Shown here in pieces: positions 9,043 through 18,879 of a stretch of 40,861 nucleotides of DNA (its first letter is position 1; each line of letters starts with the position of its first letter). A program made the translations under genes and the position numbers. Source of the stretch: a virus; UHGV virus genome UHGV-0129603; one strand, 5' to 3'. Below the pieces are notes generated by a model. The model did no database searches, had not been told where the DNA came from, and saw only the letters and a program-made list of their open reading frames with translations.

Positions 9043-9525
9043 GTGTATGCAGTGAAAGTATTTAGATTTATGAGCAAAGAAGAATTTGAAAAGTATAGGA
9101 ATGGCGAAATATTAATAAGTACGGCAAAACATATAGCAAAAACAAACTCAAAAGGATTTTGCTTCTTAAGTTTAAAAGATTTTACACCAGAAGAAGCAAT
9201 GCATTTTTTAAGTGGAATTGTTAATTTTGAAGTATGTGCCGTATTCGAAACAGATGAGATATTAACTAAATCATACGGAGTATATGCAAAACCAATAAAA
9301 AACACTGGCAATGTATTGGAAGATTTAATGAATTTATTTTATGGCTTTAACAATAGATTTACAGCAAGTGAATATTGTGCGACAGAGTATGACAATAAGA
9401 AAATGAAGTTGCTAAAGTACAGTGAAAATATTTGGGAGCAATGGCGTAAGCTAGAAGAACAGGGGAGTTTGAAATGGATAGAAGCAAATAAGGAGAATAA
9501 GAGAGATGAATTGCAAACATTGTAA
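9043..9525 (+). CDS. Hypothetical protein
   Basis: 160-aa ORF in operon; start may be GTG 9052. Confidence 0.75.
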   Translation: MYAVKVFRFMSKEEFEKYRNGEILISTAKHIAKTNSKGFCFLSLKDFTPEEAMHFLSGIVNFEVCAVFETDEILTKSYGVYAKPIKNTGNVLEDLMNLFYGFNNRFTASEYCATEYDNKKMKLLKYSENIWEQWRKLEEQGSLKWIEANKENKRDELQTL

Positions 9526-9670
9526 GGTACAAGGGAATACAACAAAGTATTTTTATTGTCAATTAAAAGGAAAAGCCATAGATGAATATATGTGTAAAAA
9601 CTGTGTAATGAGGTTACCAGATTTACCAAATGGATTTAAAGAAATATTTGGAGGTTTAAATAAAAGATAA
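9506..9670 (+). CDS. Small Cys-rich protein (54 aa)
   Basis: MNCKHC...YFYC...CKNC; RBS AAGGAG. Confidence 0.7.
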   Translation: MNCKHCKVQGNTTKYFYCQLKGKAIDEYMCKNCVMRLPDLPNGFKEIFGGLNKR

Positions 9671-10053
9671 TGAGTAAAATAGAGATAAATGAATATGTTA
9701 GAACAAAAGACGGAGAAATTGGAATATTTAAAGGCTATAACAATAACAAGAAAAGTCAATGGTCATACAAAGTCAAACTTCCTAGAATGAAGTTTTGGAA
9801 ATATTATGCTGAAGAATATATTGTAAAACATAGTAAACAATTAATGGAATTAATAGAGAATAGAGATATATTAAAAGTCAAAACTATTGATAAAGATATA
9901 TTTTTCCTAGGAATAGATGAGGAAACATCAGATATTGCTAAATACGAAGAAATAACACAAATGATAAAAAATGGTGAATATGAGTTGCTAGGAATATTAA
10001 CACACGAGCAATTCGAGGCTAACTGTTTCAAAGTAAGGGGGAAAGATGAATAG
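9670..10053 (+). CDS. Hypothetical phage protein
   Basis: 127-aa ORF coupled to neighbours. Confidence 0.75.
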   Translation: MSKIEINEYVRTKDGEIGIFKGYNNNKKSQWSYKVKLPRMKFWKYYAEEYIVKHSKQLMELIENRDILKVKTIDKDIFFLGIDEETSDIAKYEEITQMIKNGEYELLGILTHEQFEANCFKVRGKDE

Positions 10054-10462
10054 AGAAATAAAGTTTAGAGGAAAATCAATAGATGAATGGGTTTATGGTA
10101 TGCTTTGTAAAGTAAATGAAGGCGATACAGAACATGGAGAACCTATAAAATATAAAATTCAAACAGATGAAAAAGAGTATGGAGAATATGTAAATTGTTT
10201 TATAACTGATGAAAATACAATAGGACAATACACAGGCTTGCACGATAAAAATGGAAAAGAAATATATGAGGGAGATATAGTAAAAATCAAATATAGAGAT
10301 GAAGATATAGGAAAAGTTATATATGAACACAATGGATTTTCTATAGATGTTACAAATATGAATAAAAATTATTGGAGAGTTAGTTTTGTGAATAATTTTA
10401 TAGAAGTAATTGGTAATATATATGAAAATCCAGAGCTATTAGGAGGCATGAATGGAATATAG
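10046..10462 (+). CDS. YopX-family protein
   Basis: MNREIKFRG...GQYTGLHDKNGKEIYEGDIV...EVIGNIYENPELL. Confidence 0.93.
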   Translation: MNREIKFRGKSIDEWVYGMLCKVNEGDTEHGEPIKYKIQTDEKEYGEYVNCFITDENTIGQYTGLHDKNGKEIYEGDIVKIKYRDEDIGKVIYEHNGFSIDVTNMNKNYWRVSFVNNFIEVIGNIYENPELLGGMNGI

Positions 10463-10742
10463 ATATATGATATATAACGACGTAAAAAAAGAATATCAAT
10501 TTCCTAGAATTTGTGAAACAACAGCCAAGGGAGCTAATAAGTGTTTGTTTAATTGTATTGGTAATGATGCAAGAAAAGACAGATTCAAAATAAAAAAGGT
10601 TGAAAAAGAAGAAGCAAAGCGAATTGTTAAGGATTTAAAGCAAAAGTACAAGGCTGAGCGAATACATACAATAATTCCTAACATAGACTTGAAAATAATA
10701 TTAGAACTTGTACAGAAGAATGACCAAGGAGGAAAAGATTAA
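10452..10742 (+). CDS. Hypothetical protein
   Basis: 96-aa ORF, RBS AGGAGG. Confidence 0.75.
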   Translation: MEYRYMIYNDVKKEYQFPRICETTAKGANKCLFNCIGNDARKDRFKIKKVEKEEAKRIVKDLKQKYKAERIHTIIPNIDLKIILELVQKNDQGGKD

Positions 10743-11275
10743 TGATAAATACATACGAAGAAGACAAAATATCAAATCCAGATCATGTTGCAACTCCACG
10801 ATGGGTAGTAGAAAATATCTATAATTTAATAGATATAAAATCATTTAAAAATATATGGTTCCCATTTAACAACTATGACAGTCAATTTAAATTATATGCA
10901 GATGAATTAAAGTTAAAATACAAAGCAACACACATATTTGATGATTTGGAAAACGACTTTTTTAAGACAGAGCCACCAATAAATTGCGATTTATTAATCA
11001 GTAATCCACCATTTAGTCAACAGAACGAAATAATAAAGAGAACTTTCGACTTAGTAGATGAAGGCAAAATAAAATCATTTTGTTTATTACTGCCTCTTGC
11101 AACATTAGAAACACCAACAAGAGCAGAAATGTATGAAAAAAACTTGGATAAATTATCAATTCTTATATTCAAGAAGAGAATACATTTTTTAAATACAAAA
11201 GGAAGTTTCAATAAAGGGTGTTGCTGGATATGTTACCACATAGAAAATTTAAATAAAAAAATATATTGGATTTAA
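10742..11275 (+). CDS. Phage DNA amino-methyltransferase (N6-adenine-like)
   Basis: D..TPRWV, IWFPF, DFF, ISNPPFS catalytic motif. Confidence 0.8.
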   Translation: MINTYEEDKISNPDHVATPRWVVENIYNLIDIKSFKNIWFPFNNYDSQFKLYADELKLKYKATHIFDDLENDFFKTEPPINCDLLISNPPFSQQNEIIKRTFDLVDEGKIKSFCLLLPLATLETPTRAEMYEKNLDKLSILIFKKRIHFLNTKGSFNKGCCWICYHIENLNKKIYWI

Positions 11276-11286
11276 GGAGAATAGAT

Positions 11287-11673
11287 ATGTTAAATTATAA
11301 AGAAGATGATAAAAGGTTAATTGAAAGTGGAAAATACAGATATTATGATTTTACAGAAGAGATAGTAAGAAATATAGTAAGTAAATATATAAATGATGTA
11401 AAAAATACAGAGTGGAGAATATTACTACAAATGTTATATCCAAGCAATATGATTGGAAGTGGGTTGTTTCAATCAATATTGATATTTAAAATAAGTAAAA
11501 ATGGAAAGAGAGTAGATCCACCATTAGAGGCTTATAATTCTATAGATGATTTGAAAGAAAACACATGCTTACTATTCAAAATAATAGAACATATCGAAAA
11601 AAATAGTACATTTGAAATAAATGATAGCTGGTACAATGCGAAAGAAAGAATACTAAAAGAGAGGAAAAATTAG
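11287..11673 (+). CDS. Hypothetical protein
   Basis: ORF with AAGGAG RBS before ATG 11287. Confidence 0.7.
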   Translation: MLNYKEDDKRLIESGKYRYYDFTEEIVRNIVSKYINDVKNTEWRILLQMLYPSNMIGSGLFQSILIFKISKNGKRVDPPLEAYNSIDDLKENTCLLFKIIEHIEKNSTFEINDSWYNAKERILKERKN

Positions 11674-11675
11674 AT

Positions 11676-11924
11676 ATGCTTAAAATTCGTGATGATGTAG
11701 ATTTAAAAGAACTTGAAAAGTTTGGATTTGAATACGAAGAAGAAGATGGAGAAAAATATTGGTGCAAGTATTTGCCAGATAATCAACATAAATTATTTAT
11801 CTATGAAGATGATAGAAAAATAAGACAAGGAGATTTTGTATTAATATTTGGTTATAATGAAGTTGAATTAGACGAAAGATGGATACAAGATCTAATCAAA
11901 GCAAATTTAGTAGTAAAGGAGTAA
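11676..11924 (+). CDS. Hypothetical phage protein
   Basis: MLKIRDDVDLKELEKFGF...DLIKANLVVKE. Confidence 0.75.
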   Translation: MLKIRDDVDLKELEKFGFEYEEEDGEKYWCKYLPDNQHKLFIYEDDRKIRQGDFVLIFGYNEVELDERWIQDLIKANLVVKE

Positions 11925-11931
11925 ATAAGAT

Positions 11932-12117
11932 ATGAAAGAAGATTGGAAAAAAGAAATAATAAAAGCGGTTTTATTCGTTTTTCTAATATTAGTAATAGGA
12001 ACTTTAACTGTACTTTTAACAGATAATAGCGTTCTTTTAATTATAAGTGGAATGCTAATTGGAACAGTAGATAGAATTTTCGATAAATGGCTAGATGAAA
12101 ATTGGAAAAAGGAGTGA
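11932..12117 (+). CDS. Small membrane protein
   Basis: 61 aa with two TM segments. Confidence 0.7.
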   Translation: MKEDWKKEIIKAVLFVFLILVIGTLTVLLTDNSVLLIISGMLIGTVDRIFDKWLDENWKKE

Positions 12118-12122
12118 TACAT

Positions 12123-12509
12123 GTGACAGAACTTAAAAAATTAGAACAAGAGTTAAGTGAGAAAGAAAAAAACTTTGATGAAAGATATATTTCAGGCAAA
12201 GGCGATTATTTATCAGAAGAAGCAGAAAAAATGAGCCATGATATTTGGAGATTACGTTCTAAGATAGCAGACTTAAAAGAGAAAAAGGAGAAAACAGCAG
12301 ACGAACTTTTTGAAGAGTTAGGATATGAAAAAGTTAGAGACGATGAAAGATTTATAAAATATAGAAAGCCACATGATAATGATTATATTGTCATAGATAA
12401 GGAAACTAAAGATTTTATTAAAAATTTTGATTTTGCGTATTGGAAAGCTATTAATATGCAAGAATTACAAGCAATAAATAAAAAATGCCAAGAGTTGGGG
12501 TGGATATAA
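12123..12509 (+). CDS. Hypothetical phage protein
   Basis: KTADELFEELGY...ELQAINKKCQELGWI; RBS AAGGAG. Confidence 0.75.
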   Translation: MTELKKLEQELSEKEKNFDERYISGKGDYLSEEAEKMSHDIWRLRSKIADLKEKKEKTADELFEELGYEKVRDDERFIKYRKPHDNDYIVIDKETKDFIKNFDFAYWKAINMQELQAINKKCQELGWI

Positions 12510-12736
12510 TGATGACACCAGGGGATATAGATAAATTACAAAAACAATGCGATTTTGAATATATGAAAGAAACGATAGATAAGCAACAAACACAAACAAG
12601 AGAGTTAATAGATAAAAACAAGGTCGTTGATTTAGACTATAAAGAAGAATATTACAAATTGCAAAAAGAAAATTATAAGTTAAAACAGAAAATAGAAGCA
12701 TATCAAGAAGCATTATTAAATATATGCTCAAAATAG
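12509..12736 (+). CDS. Hypothetical coiled-coil protein
   Basis: ORF coupled to previous stop (TAATG). Confidence 0.7.
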   Translation: MMTPGDIDKLQKQCDFEYMKETIDKQQTQTRELIDKNKVVDLDYKEEYYKLQKENYKLKQKIEAYQEALLNICSK

Positions 12737-12748
12737 GAGGCGTATTAA

Positions 12749-12928
12749 GTGAAAGAATGTAATTTTATACGAAAAGATGATTATGATTATATTATATATG
12801 TGTGCAGTAATTGTAAAGAAGAGTGGTATTTTGAAGATGGAACACCAGAAGATAATAGCTATAATTATTGCCCTAAATGTGGAGCAAAAATAGCAAAAGT
12901 TATTGAACTAGAAGAGGAGGAAGAGTAA
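12749..12928 (+). CDS. Small zinc-ribbon protein (59 aa)
   Basis: GTG start after AGGAGG; YVCSNC...YNYCPKCGAKI. Confidence 0.75.
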   Translation: MKECNFIRKDDYDYIIYVCSNCKEEWYFEDGTPEDNSYNYCPKCGAKIAKVIELEEEEE

Positions 12929-13461
12929 TGGAAAATAGTATAGAAGAAGATATAGAAAGATTAAAATTATGTTCTAGTAATCAATGTCATATATGTGGCA
13001 GATATGAAAAAGAAGAATGTATGTTAGAAAGAAACAGATGTGAACAGCATATTTTATCAGCTTATAAAAAAATATTAAAAGAAAATAAAAAGTTAAAAGT
13101 AGATAATTTAGAATATCAACGCATACAAGATATATCTGATGTAAGACCATATAGGAAAAGATACTTAGAAGAACGAAGAAAAGAAGAGAATGATTTGTTG
13201 TATCCAGATGCAGATGAGATTTATGAAAGATATTATAAAATAAAAGAAGAAAACGAAAAGCTAAAAAACAAAGATACAAATAAAGTAAGCTTGGAAATAG
13301 GGAAAAGTAAGACAATAAAAAAGATATATGTTTCAGATAAGCAAATTGGACTTGGCATACTAACAAATTGGACTGGCAGAAAATTAGATTTTCTATTTGC
13401 AAATAAAATTAATGAATTAGTACAAGCTGTAAATCAATTAAGCAAGAAAACGGAGGAATGA
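12928..13461 (+). CDS. Hypothetical protein
   Basis: 177-aa ORF, RBS GGAGG. Confidence 0.75.
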   Translation: MENSIEEDIERLKLCSSNQCHICGRYEKEECMLERNRCEQHILSAYKKILKENKKLKVDNLEYQRIQDISDVRPYRKRYLEERRKEENDLLYPDADEIYERYYKIKEENEKLKNKDTNKVSLEIGKSKTIKKIYVSDKQIGLGILTNWTGRKLDFLFANKINELVQAVNQLSKKTEE

Positions 13462-13464
13462 ATT

Positions 13465-13653
13465 TTGAGCAGATATTTAACATCAAAGCGAGATGGCACA
13501 TATTTAGAAGAGATAGAAAGCATGGAAGAATGTAAGTGGAGAATAAATGATATGTGTTGCAATGACAGTAGTGAATTTTTAGGAGACTGCTATTGTGAAG
13601 CAAGTTTAAAAAGAAATTGTTTTGAAAAAGAAGATGGAATAATAAGGGAGTGA
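13465..13653 (+). CDS. Small Cys-rich protein
   Basis: CKW..NDMCCNDSS..C...CFEKE; RBS GGAGG. Confidence 0.7.
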   Translation: MSRYLTSKRDGTYLEEIESMEECKWRINDMCCNDSSEFLGDCYCEASLKRNCFEKEDGIIRE

Positions 13654-14021
13654 ACGTTTTGCAACTAACAAAAAGACAAGAAATACAATTAAATAAAGTT
13701 TTTAATGATCCTAAAAAACTTAGAAAATGGATTGATGATGTATATAATGATATGGTTGTTGCTTGCAAGAAAGAGTCAGTTAATATGATAAATGAATATC
13801 TTGACTTATACGGAATTGCGGTAGCGTATACTATACGTTATGTTCTTGGATTGGGAAAGAAACGATTACCAGAGGTTATGAAAAGAATTTGGAATAATAT
13901 AGACTCATTCAAAGAAGGATATTTATCATTAGAGGATTGTATAAAAGACTTAGAAGATAATGGGATAAAGTTTGAGACTATTGTAAACGAAGAAAACAAA
14001 ATTAAATGGAAAAACCAATAA
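13650..14021 (+). CDS. Hypothetical phage protein
   Basis: 123-aa ORF, GLGKKRL motif. Confidence 0.75.
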   Translation: MNVLQLTKRQEIQLNKVFNDPKKLRKWIDDVYNDMVVACKKESVNMINEYLDLYGIAVAYTIRYVLGLGKKRLPEVMKRIWNNIDSFKEGYLSLEDCIKDLEDNGIKFETIVNEENKIKWKNQ

Positions 14022-14038
14022 TTTGAGGGGGAAAACAT

Positions 14039-14434
14039 ATGCTTAATAAAGATTTAAAGAAAAGAATGGATAGAGAACTTAGACAATATTGGATTAATAA
14101 GAAGAAACTAGAAAGATTAGAAAGAGATATTATAGATGAATCCGCTTCTGGAAATGGTCAACCTAGAGCGAACACAATATCTAATCCAACAGAGAAAAAG
14201 GCAATTCGCCTGGCATCTACTCGTTCAATATTGTATTGTGAAGAACGAATCACATATGTAGAAAATGTTATTAAGCAATTAAACTCTTTTGAAAAGCAAG
14301 TGTTTTATTTTATATTTAAAGATGGCTGTAATTGCTCTTATTGCAAGAATATAAAGAACATAGATAAAAGCACTTATTACAATATTTATAATAAGTCAAT
14401 CAGATTATTAGCCGAAGAATGGGGCGAAATTTAA
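14039..14434 (+). CDS. RinA/ArpU-like late transcription activator
   Basis: ISNPTEKKAIRL motif, C-terminal HTH, last gene before late promoter and terS. Confidence 0.75.
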   Translation: MLNKDLKKRMDRELRQYWINKKKLERLERDIIDESASGNGQPRANTISNPTEKKAIRLASTRSILYCEERITYVENVIKQLNSFEKQVFYFIFKDGCNCSYCKNIKNIDKSTYYNIYNKSIRLLAEEWGEI

Positions 14435-14449
14435 GAAAATTAAAATGCA

Positions 14450-14492
14450 CAGAAAAAATACGGAAAAATAGGGGTGTTTTCTGTGGTATAAT
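14450..14492 (+). promoter_or_regulatory. Late promoter: extended -10 with tandem upstream repeats
   Basis: TGTGGTATAAT (14482-14492), no consensus -35; CAGAAAAAATA/CGGAAAAATA repeats as likely activator site. Confidence 0.65.
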
Positions 14493-14531
14493 TAGTACAG
14501 TAGTAAATATGAAAAAATAAATCCTTTGTTG

Positions 14532-14557
14532 AGAGTTGGTAGAAATGCTAACTCTTT
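14532..14557 (+). terminator. GAAA-tetraloop hairpin in late leader
   Basis: AGAGTTGGTA-GAAA-TGCTAACTCT with G-U pairs, short U-run. Confidence 0.5.
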
Positions 14558-14569
14558 ACTTATATATAT

Positions 14570-14645
14570 CGCAGTAGGGTAGCAACGGAAGCTTTCCAAG
14601 CTCATACCTTGGAGTTTATCAGTTCAATTCTGGTCACTGCAACCA
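14570..14645 (+). tRNA. Atypical tRNA-Met (CAT)
   Basis: 76 nt; acceptor GCAGT/ACTGC, anticodon arm CCAAG-CTCATAC-CTTGG, T arm ATCAG-TTCAATT-CTGGT, encoded CCA. Confidence 0.8.
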
Positions 14646-14792
14646 CTATATTAATATACTAGATATTTAATATGCTATATGTATTTTTTCCTTTCTTTGA
14701 TAAAGAGATGTAATGTTATGGTTATAATAAGAGAGATGTTCTAGTCATCTCGTTTATTTTATTGAGAAAAAGAATATGAAAGGTGGCTTTAT

Positions 14793-15306
14793 ATGACTGA
14801 TGCACAAAAAAGATTTTGCGATGAATATCTAATAGACCTTAATGCAACAAGAGCGTATAAGGTTGCTTATTCAAGATGTAAAAAAGATGAAACAGCTAAT
14901 GTGAATGGTAGCAAATTACTAAGAAACGCTAAGGTTCAAGAATATATATCTGCAAAACAAAAAGAAATAGAAAAAAGAACAGAAGTTACACAAGATATGG
15001 TAATAAAAGAATTAGCCAAAATAGCATTTTTAGATATAAGAAAATTATATACAGAAAAACGGACAATTTAAAAATGTTGCAGATATAGATAGTGATACAG
15101 CAGGTGCAATATCATCGCTAGAAACTTTAGAAGAATATGAAGGATACGGAGATGACAGAGAAAAAGTAGGAGATACACAAAAAGTAAGACTCTTAGATAA
15201 AACAAAAGCTCTTGAACTATTAGGAAAACATTTAGGTATGTTTAAAGATAAAGTCGAAATTGAACAGAATAAACCGTTTGAAGTCAATATAAAGGTTAAG
15301 AAGTAA
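14793..15306 (+). CDS. terS: Terminase small subunit, split by a +1 shift at CGG 15060 (about 170 aa fused)
   Basis: QKRFCDEYLIDLNATRAY...; +1 frame gives GQFKNVADID...DKTKALELLGKHLGMF and ends TAATG-coupled to terL. Confidence 0.9.
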
Positions 15307-16667
15307 TGGATATTGAAATAACAGAAAAACAAGACTTGTTTATTAATTCTACAGCATTTGAAACTTTGTTCGGCGGTGCTGCAGGTGGTGGAAAATCTTA
15401 TGGTCAATTAATAGATGCATTCCTATACGCATTGAAATATAGTAAGTCGAAACAGATTATATTTAGAAGAACATTTCCAGATTTAGAAAAATCTCTAATA
15501 AGAACTAGCTTAGAGTTCTATCCAAGAGAAGTTGCAACCTATAATTCAAGTAAACATGTTTGGAACTTTAAAAATGGGAGCATTATAGATTTTGCTTATA
15601 TAGACAGTGAAAAAGATGTGTATCAATATCAATCAGCAGAATATGATGTTATCCGTTTCGATGAGCTTACACACTTTACTGAGTTTATGTATACATATAT
15701 GATTTCGCGTTGCAGAGGTGCGAATTTTTACCCTAAATGTATAAAAAGTTCGACAAATCCAGGTGGAGTTGGCCATAGTTGGGTTAAGGCAAGATTTATA
15801 GATATTGGAGAACCTAATATAATGCACACGTTTAAAGAAGGCACAAGAATATTTATTCCATCTTTAGTCCAAGAAAATAGGTTCTTGCTAGAAAAAGATC
15901 CAGACTATGTTAAGAGACTAGACAATTTACCAGAAAAAGAACGTCAAGCTCTTAAGTTTGGAAATTGGGATATATTTGACGGACAATTTTTTACAGAGTT
16001 CAATAGGAACATTCATGTTTGTACCCCTTTTGAGATTCCGAAAGACTGGCGAAGATATAGAACCAGAGATTATGGCCTTGATATGTGTGCAGTTTGCTGG
16101 ATTGCGATGGATTGGAAAATGAATGCTTATGTGTATAAAGAATTTTACAAATCAAACCTAATTGTGTCTTCCGCAGCAGAAGAAATAAATGCAATGACGA
16201 ATGAGAATATAGTAATAGATTATGCTCCACCAGATTTATGGAATAGGAACAGAGATACAGGAAAAAGTACAGCAGATATATTTGCCGAGAACGGACAATT
16301 CCTGACTGAAGCTGACGATAATAGAAAAACTGGCTGGCTTGCAGTACACGAATGGCTAAAGGTATTCTCAGATGAGCAAGGACAACCTTCGAGCAAATTA
16401 AAAATATTCAGCAATTGTACTAATCTTATAAGAACGTTGCCTGCGTTACAACATGACGATAAAGATCCTAACGATGTTGCAATTCAACCACATGAATTGA
16501 CGCATATACCTGACGCATTAAGATATTTCTGCACTATGTGGCAAACACCAATGTCACAAATTAAAGAAAAACCACAAGGTACATTCACCAAGACAGAGCT
16601 TGAAGATTTAGGATATAAAGATATAAAAGTATCAGTTACAAAACCTGTAGCTAGAAGGAGAAGATAA
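15306..16667 (+). CDS. terL: Terminase large subunit
   Basis: Walker A GGAAGGGKS, Walker B FDELT, STNPGGVGH, RNase-H-like DYG and H..DALRY. Confidence 0.95.
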   Translation: MDIEITEKQDLFINSTAFETLFGGAAGGGKSYGQLIDAFLYALKYSKSKQIIFRRTFPDLEKSLIRTSLEFYPREVATYNSSKHVWNFKNGSIIDFAYIDSEKDVYQYQSAEYDVIRFDELTHFTEFMYTYMISRCRGANFYPKCIKSSTNPGGVGHSWVKARFIDIGEPNIMHTFKEGTRIFIPSLVQENRFLLEKDPDYVKRLDNLPEKERQALKFGNWDIFDGQFFTEFNRNIHVCTPFEIPKDWRRYRTRDYGLDMCAVCWIAMDWKMNAYVYKEFYKSNLIVSSAAEEINAMTNENIVIDYAPPDLWNRNRDTGKSTADIFAENGQFLTEADDNRKTGWLAVHEWLKVFSDEQGQPSSKLKIFSNCTNLIRTLPALQHDDKDPNDVAIQPHELTHIPDALRYFCTMWQTPMSQIKEKPQGTFTKTELEDLGYKDIKVSVTKPVARRRR

Positions 16668-16954
16668 TGGAAGCATTAACTATAATTGAACTTATTTTAA
16701 CTATTGTATTGCTTATTGTAGCTTATGATATACGTAAGATACTAAAACAGTGTTTGAATGAATTAAAATCAATAGAAAATGACAAGCCTAAAGAGTTTAA
16801 AAGAAATCATTCTACAATATCACAATCAAATTTCGGTTCGATTTTAAATGGCAGAACAAATGTTTATGATAAGTATAAAAATGAGTCTGGACTATATGAA
16901 CCCGTGCAAGGAAAGGCTGGAATAAACTTAAATCAAGGTAATAAAGGAGAGTAA
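16667..16954 (+). CDS. Small membrane-anchored protein
   Basis: N-terminal TM helix; coupled to terL. Confidence 0.75.
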   Translation: MEALTIIELILTIVLLIVAYDIRKILKQCLNELKSIENDKPKEFKRNHSTISQSNFGSILNGRTNVYDKYKNESGLYEPVQGKAGINLNQGNKGE

Positions 16955-16957
16955 CAG

Positions 16958-18877
16958 ATGGTGGAAGATATAAACGATATAGTTGAAGAAAAAAGAGCAA
17001 GACGAGCTTCTATAATGTCTGAAACCGAAATAAAAGAAGCTGAACGTTTCTTGACGTGGTATAGACGTGCATATAATGATAAGCAACGACTAGGGCTAAC
17101 TAAGAAATGGGACGATATAAATAAGTATTGGGAAGGCGATTTTGATTATGGAGACGATGAAGATCCAGCACCTAATACTAATATAACTAATTCAAACGTT
17201 GAAGGAAAGACGGCTCTACTATGTGACCAGACAATAGGAATACAAGTAGACCCTAGAGAACCAGGAGATAGACCATTCTGCGACCAAGTACGTACACTTG
17301 CAGACTTTATTAAAGAACGCAATAAAATGTACAGAAAAATAGAGGTGCATGAACGTAGACGTGAAATGACTGGTACTGGTATATTCAGAGTTATATGGGA
17401 TTTTGATGCATTAAATGGCAAAGGAATGCCAGATATAGAACCAATACACCCATCTAAGCTATTTATAGACCCAGCAATAACAGATGTATATAAAATACAA
17501 GAGGCACAATACATAATAGAAGCAAAAGCAAAGTCAATTTATTCTGCTAGAATAGAATATGGGGACGAGATAGCAGACGCAATTATTCCAAACTTAGATC
17601 CTATACAAAACATAATTCAAGATAGTGAAGAGGACCAATATGTTCATCTTATGATATGGACTAGATACAATGATGAGGGAAAAATGAAACTTCGTCTTGT
17701 AGAAATGTCCGGAGATGGTGTTATATTGAAGGACACTAAAAAGAAGTGGAAGGAATATAAAAAGAAGAAAGCCGATGAACTAATAGCAAAGCAAGCTAAG
17801 CTATTAGAACAAGGGAAGAAAAAAGAAGCAGAAAAACTAAAGAATGAAGAGTTCGAGCTATTTCCTAATAGTAAGTATCCATACTTTTTAACTCCAGATA
17901 TGTATAGAGAAAACACTGTATGGGGGAAAGCAAGTGCGGAACTTATACTTCCTATCTCAGACCAAGTAGATGAGATTGATGATAACGTATTAAAAAATGC
18001 AAGACTAACTGGTAACCCAATGGCTCTTGTAGAGAATAGTTCAGGAATTGATCCAGAGAAGATAACAAATGCCCCTGGACAAATGATACCAACTAATAAT
18101 ATAAATGGATTTAAGTGGCAAGCACCACCTTCTATACCTACATATATTATGAACAAGCGTACGGAGTTAATTAATAGCGATAGAATCATTGTTAGTAGGT
18201 TCTCAGACCAAATGATAGGAAAACAGCAATCTGGTGTAGATACTGCAACAGAGAGTTTAGCATTGCAGAACTCTGGTAACTCCATGATAGAACATAAGAA
18301 AGCACTATTACAAGAAACCTTATCAGAAGTGTTTGAATATGCAATAGACCTTGCACTTCTTAACTGGAATACAACGATGCTATTTAGAATAACCGGAAAG
18401 AATGGGGAAGATGATTTTGAATCATTTAATCCAGATATATTAAACCATGTACCAGTTATGATTGAAGCAGATAGTGATTATAGAAATGAATATAGAAAGA
18501 ATAATCCTAATGCTAAGCCAGAAGATTATAGATATATGCAAGCCGATGATGGAGAAACAAGAGCAATAATGTATGACTTAAATGTAACAGTTGGTGCTGG
18601 ACTACCTAATAATAGGGCATATAGATATTCTATTGTTAGGCAATCATATGCAGATAAAGCTATTACTAAGAAGGAATATAGAAATTATCTAATTAAGCAA
18701 TTAGGACTAAATCTACAAGAAATTCCAGAGAGCGAAGCGGAACAGCAAGAGCTTGGAATTTATGACCAAAATCAGATACAGCAACAAGAACAGTTAGCAC
18801 AGACTAATCAGAATGCTAATATAGAAGGCTTAAATGCTAATGGTAATGTTGCTACATCTTATATGAGAGGAGCGTAA
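16958..18877 (+). CDS. Portal protein (P22-like)
   Basis: 639 aa after terL; FIDP, WG...LI..Q.D, TATE, Q-rich C-terminus. Confidence 0.88.
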   Translation: MVEDINDIVEEKRARRASIMSETEIKEAERFLTWYRRAYNDKQRLGLTKKWDDINKYWEGDFDYGDDEDPAPNTNITNSNVEGKTALLCDQTIGIQVDPREPGDRPFCDQVRTLADFIKERNKMYRKIEVHERRREMTGTGIFRVIWDFDALNGKGMPDIEPIHPSKLFIDPAITDVYKIQEAQYIIEAKAKSIYSARIEYGDEIADAIIPNLDPIQNIIQDSEEDQYVHLMIWTRYNDEGKMKLRLVEMSGDGVILKDTKKKWKEYKKKKADELIAKQAKLLEQGKKKEAEKLKNEEFELFPNSKYPYFLTPDMYRENTVWGKASAELILPISDQVDEIDDNVLKNARLTGNPMALVENSSGIDPEKITNAPGQMIPTNNINGFKWQAPPSIPTYIMNKRTELINSDRIIVSRFSDQMIGKQQSGVDTATESLALQNSGNSMIEHKKALLQETLSEVFEYAIDLALLNWNTTMLFRITGKNGEDDFESFNPDILNHVPVMIEADSDYRNEYRKNNPNAKPEDYRYMQADDGETRAIMYDLNVTVGAGLPNNRAYRYSIVRQSYADKAITKKEYRNYLIKQLGLNLQEIPESEAEQQELGIYDQNQIQQQEQLAQTNQNANIEGLNANGNVATSYMRGA

Positions 18878-18879
18878 AC

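Noticed and set aside
14570..14645. tRNA as a frameshift suppressor for CGG
   Set aside because: It has a normal 7-nt loop with a CAT anticodon and cannot pair with CGGN.
17644..18285. 213-aa minus-strand ORF and similar antisense ORFs
   Set aside because: Shadow frames of portal and other genes, with S/F/I-rich composition and no RBS.
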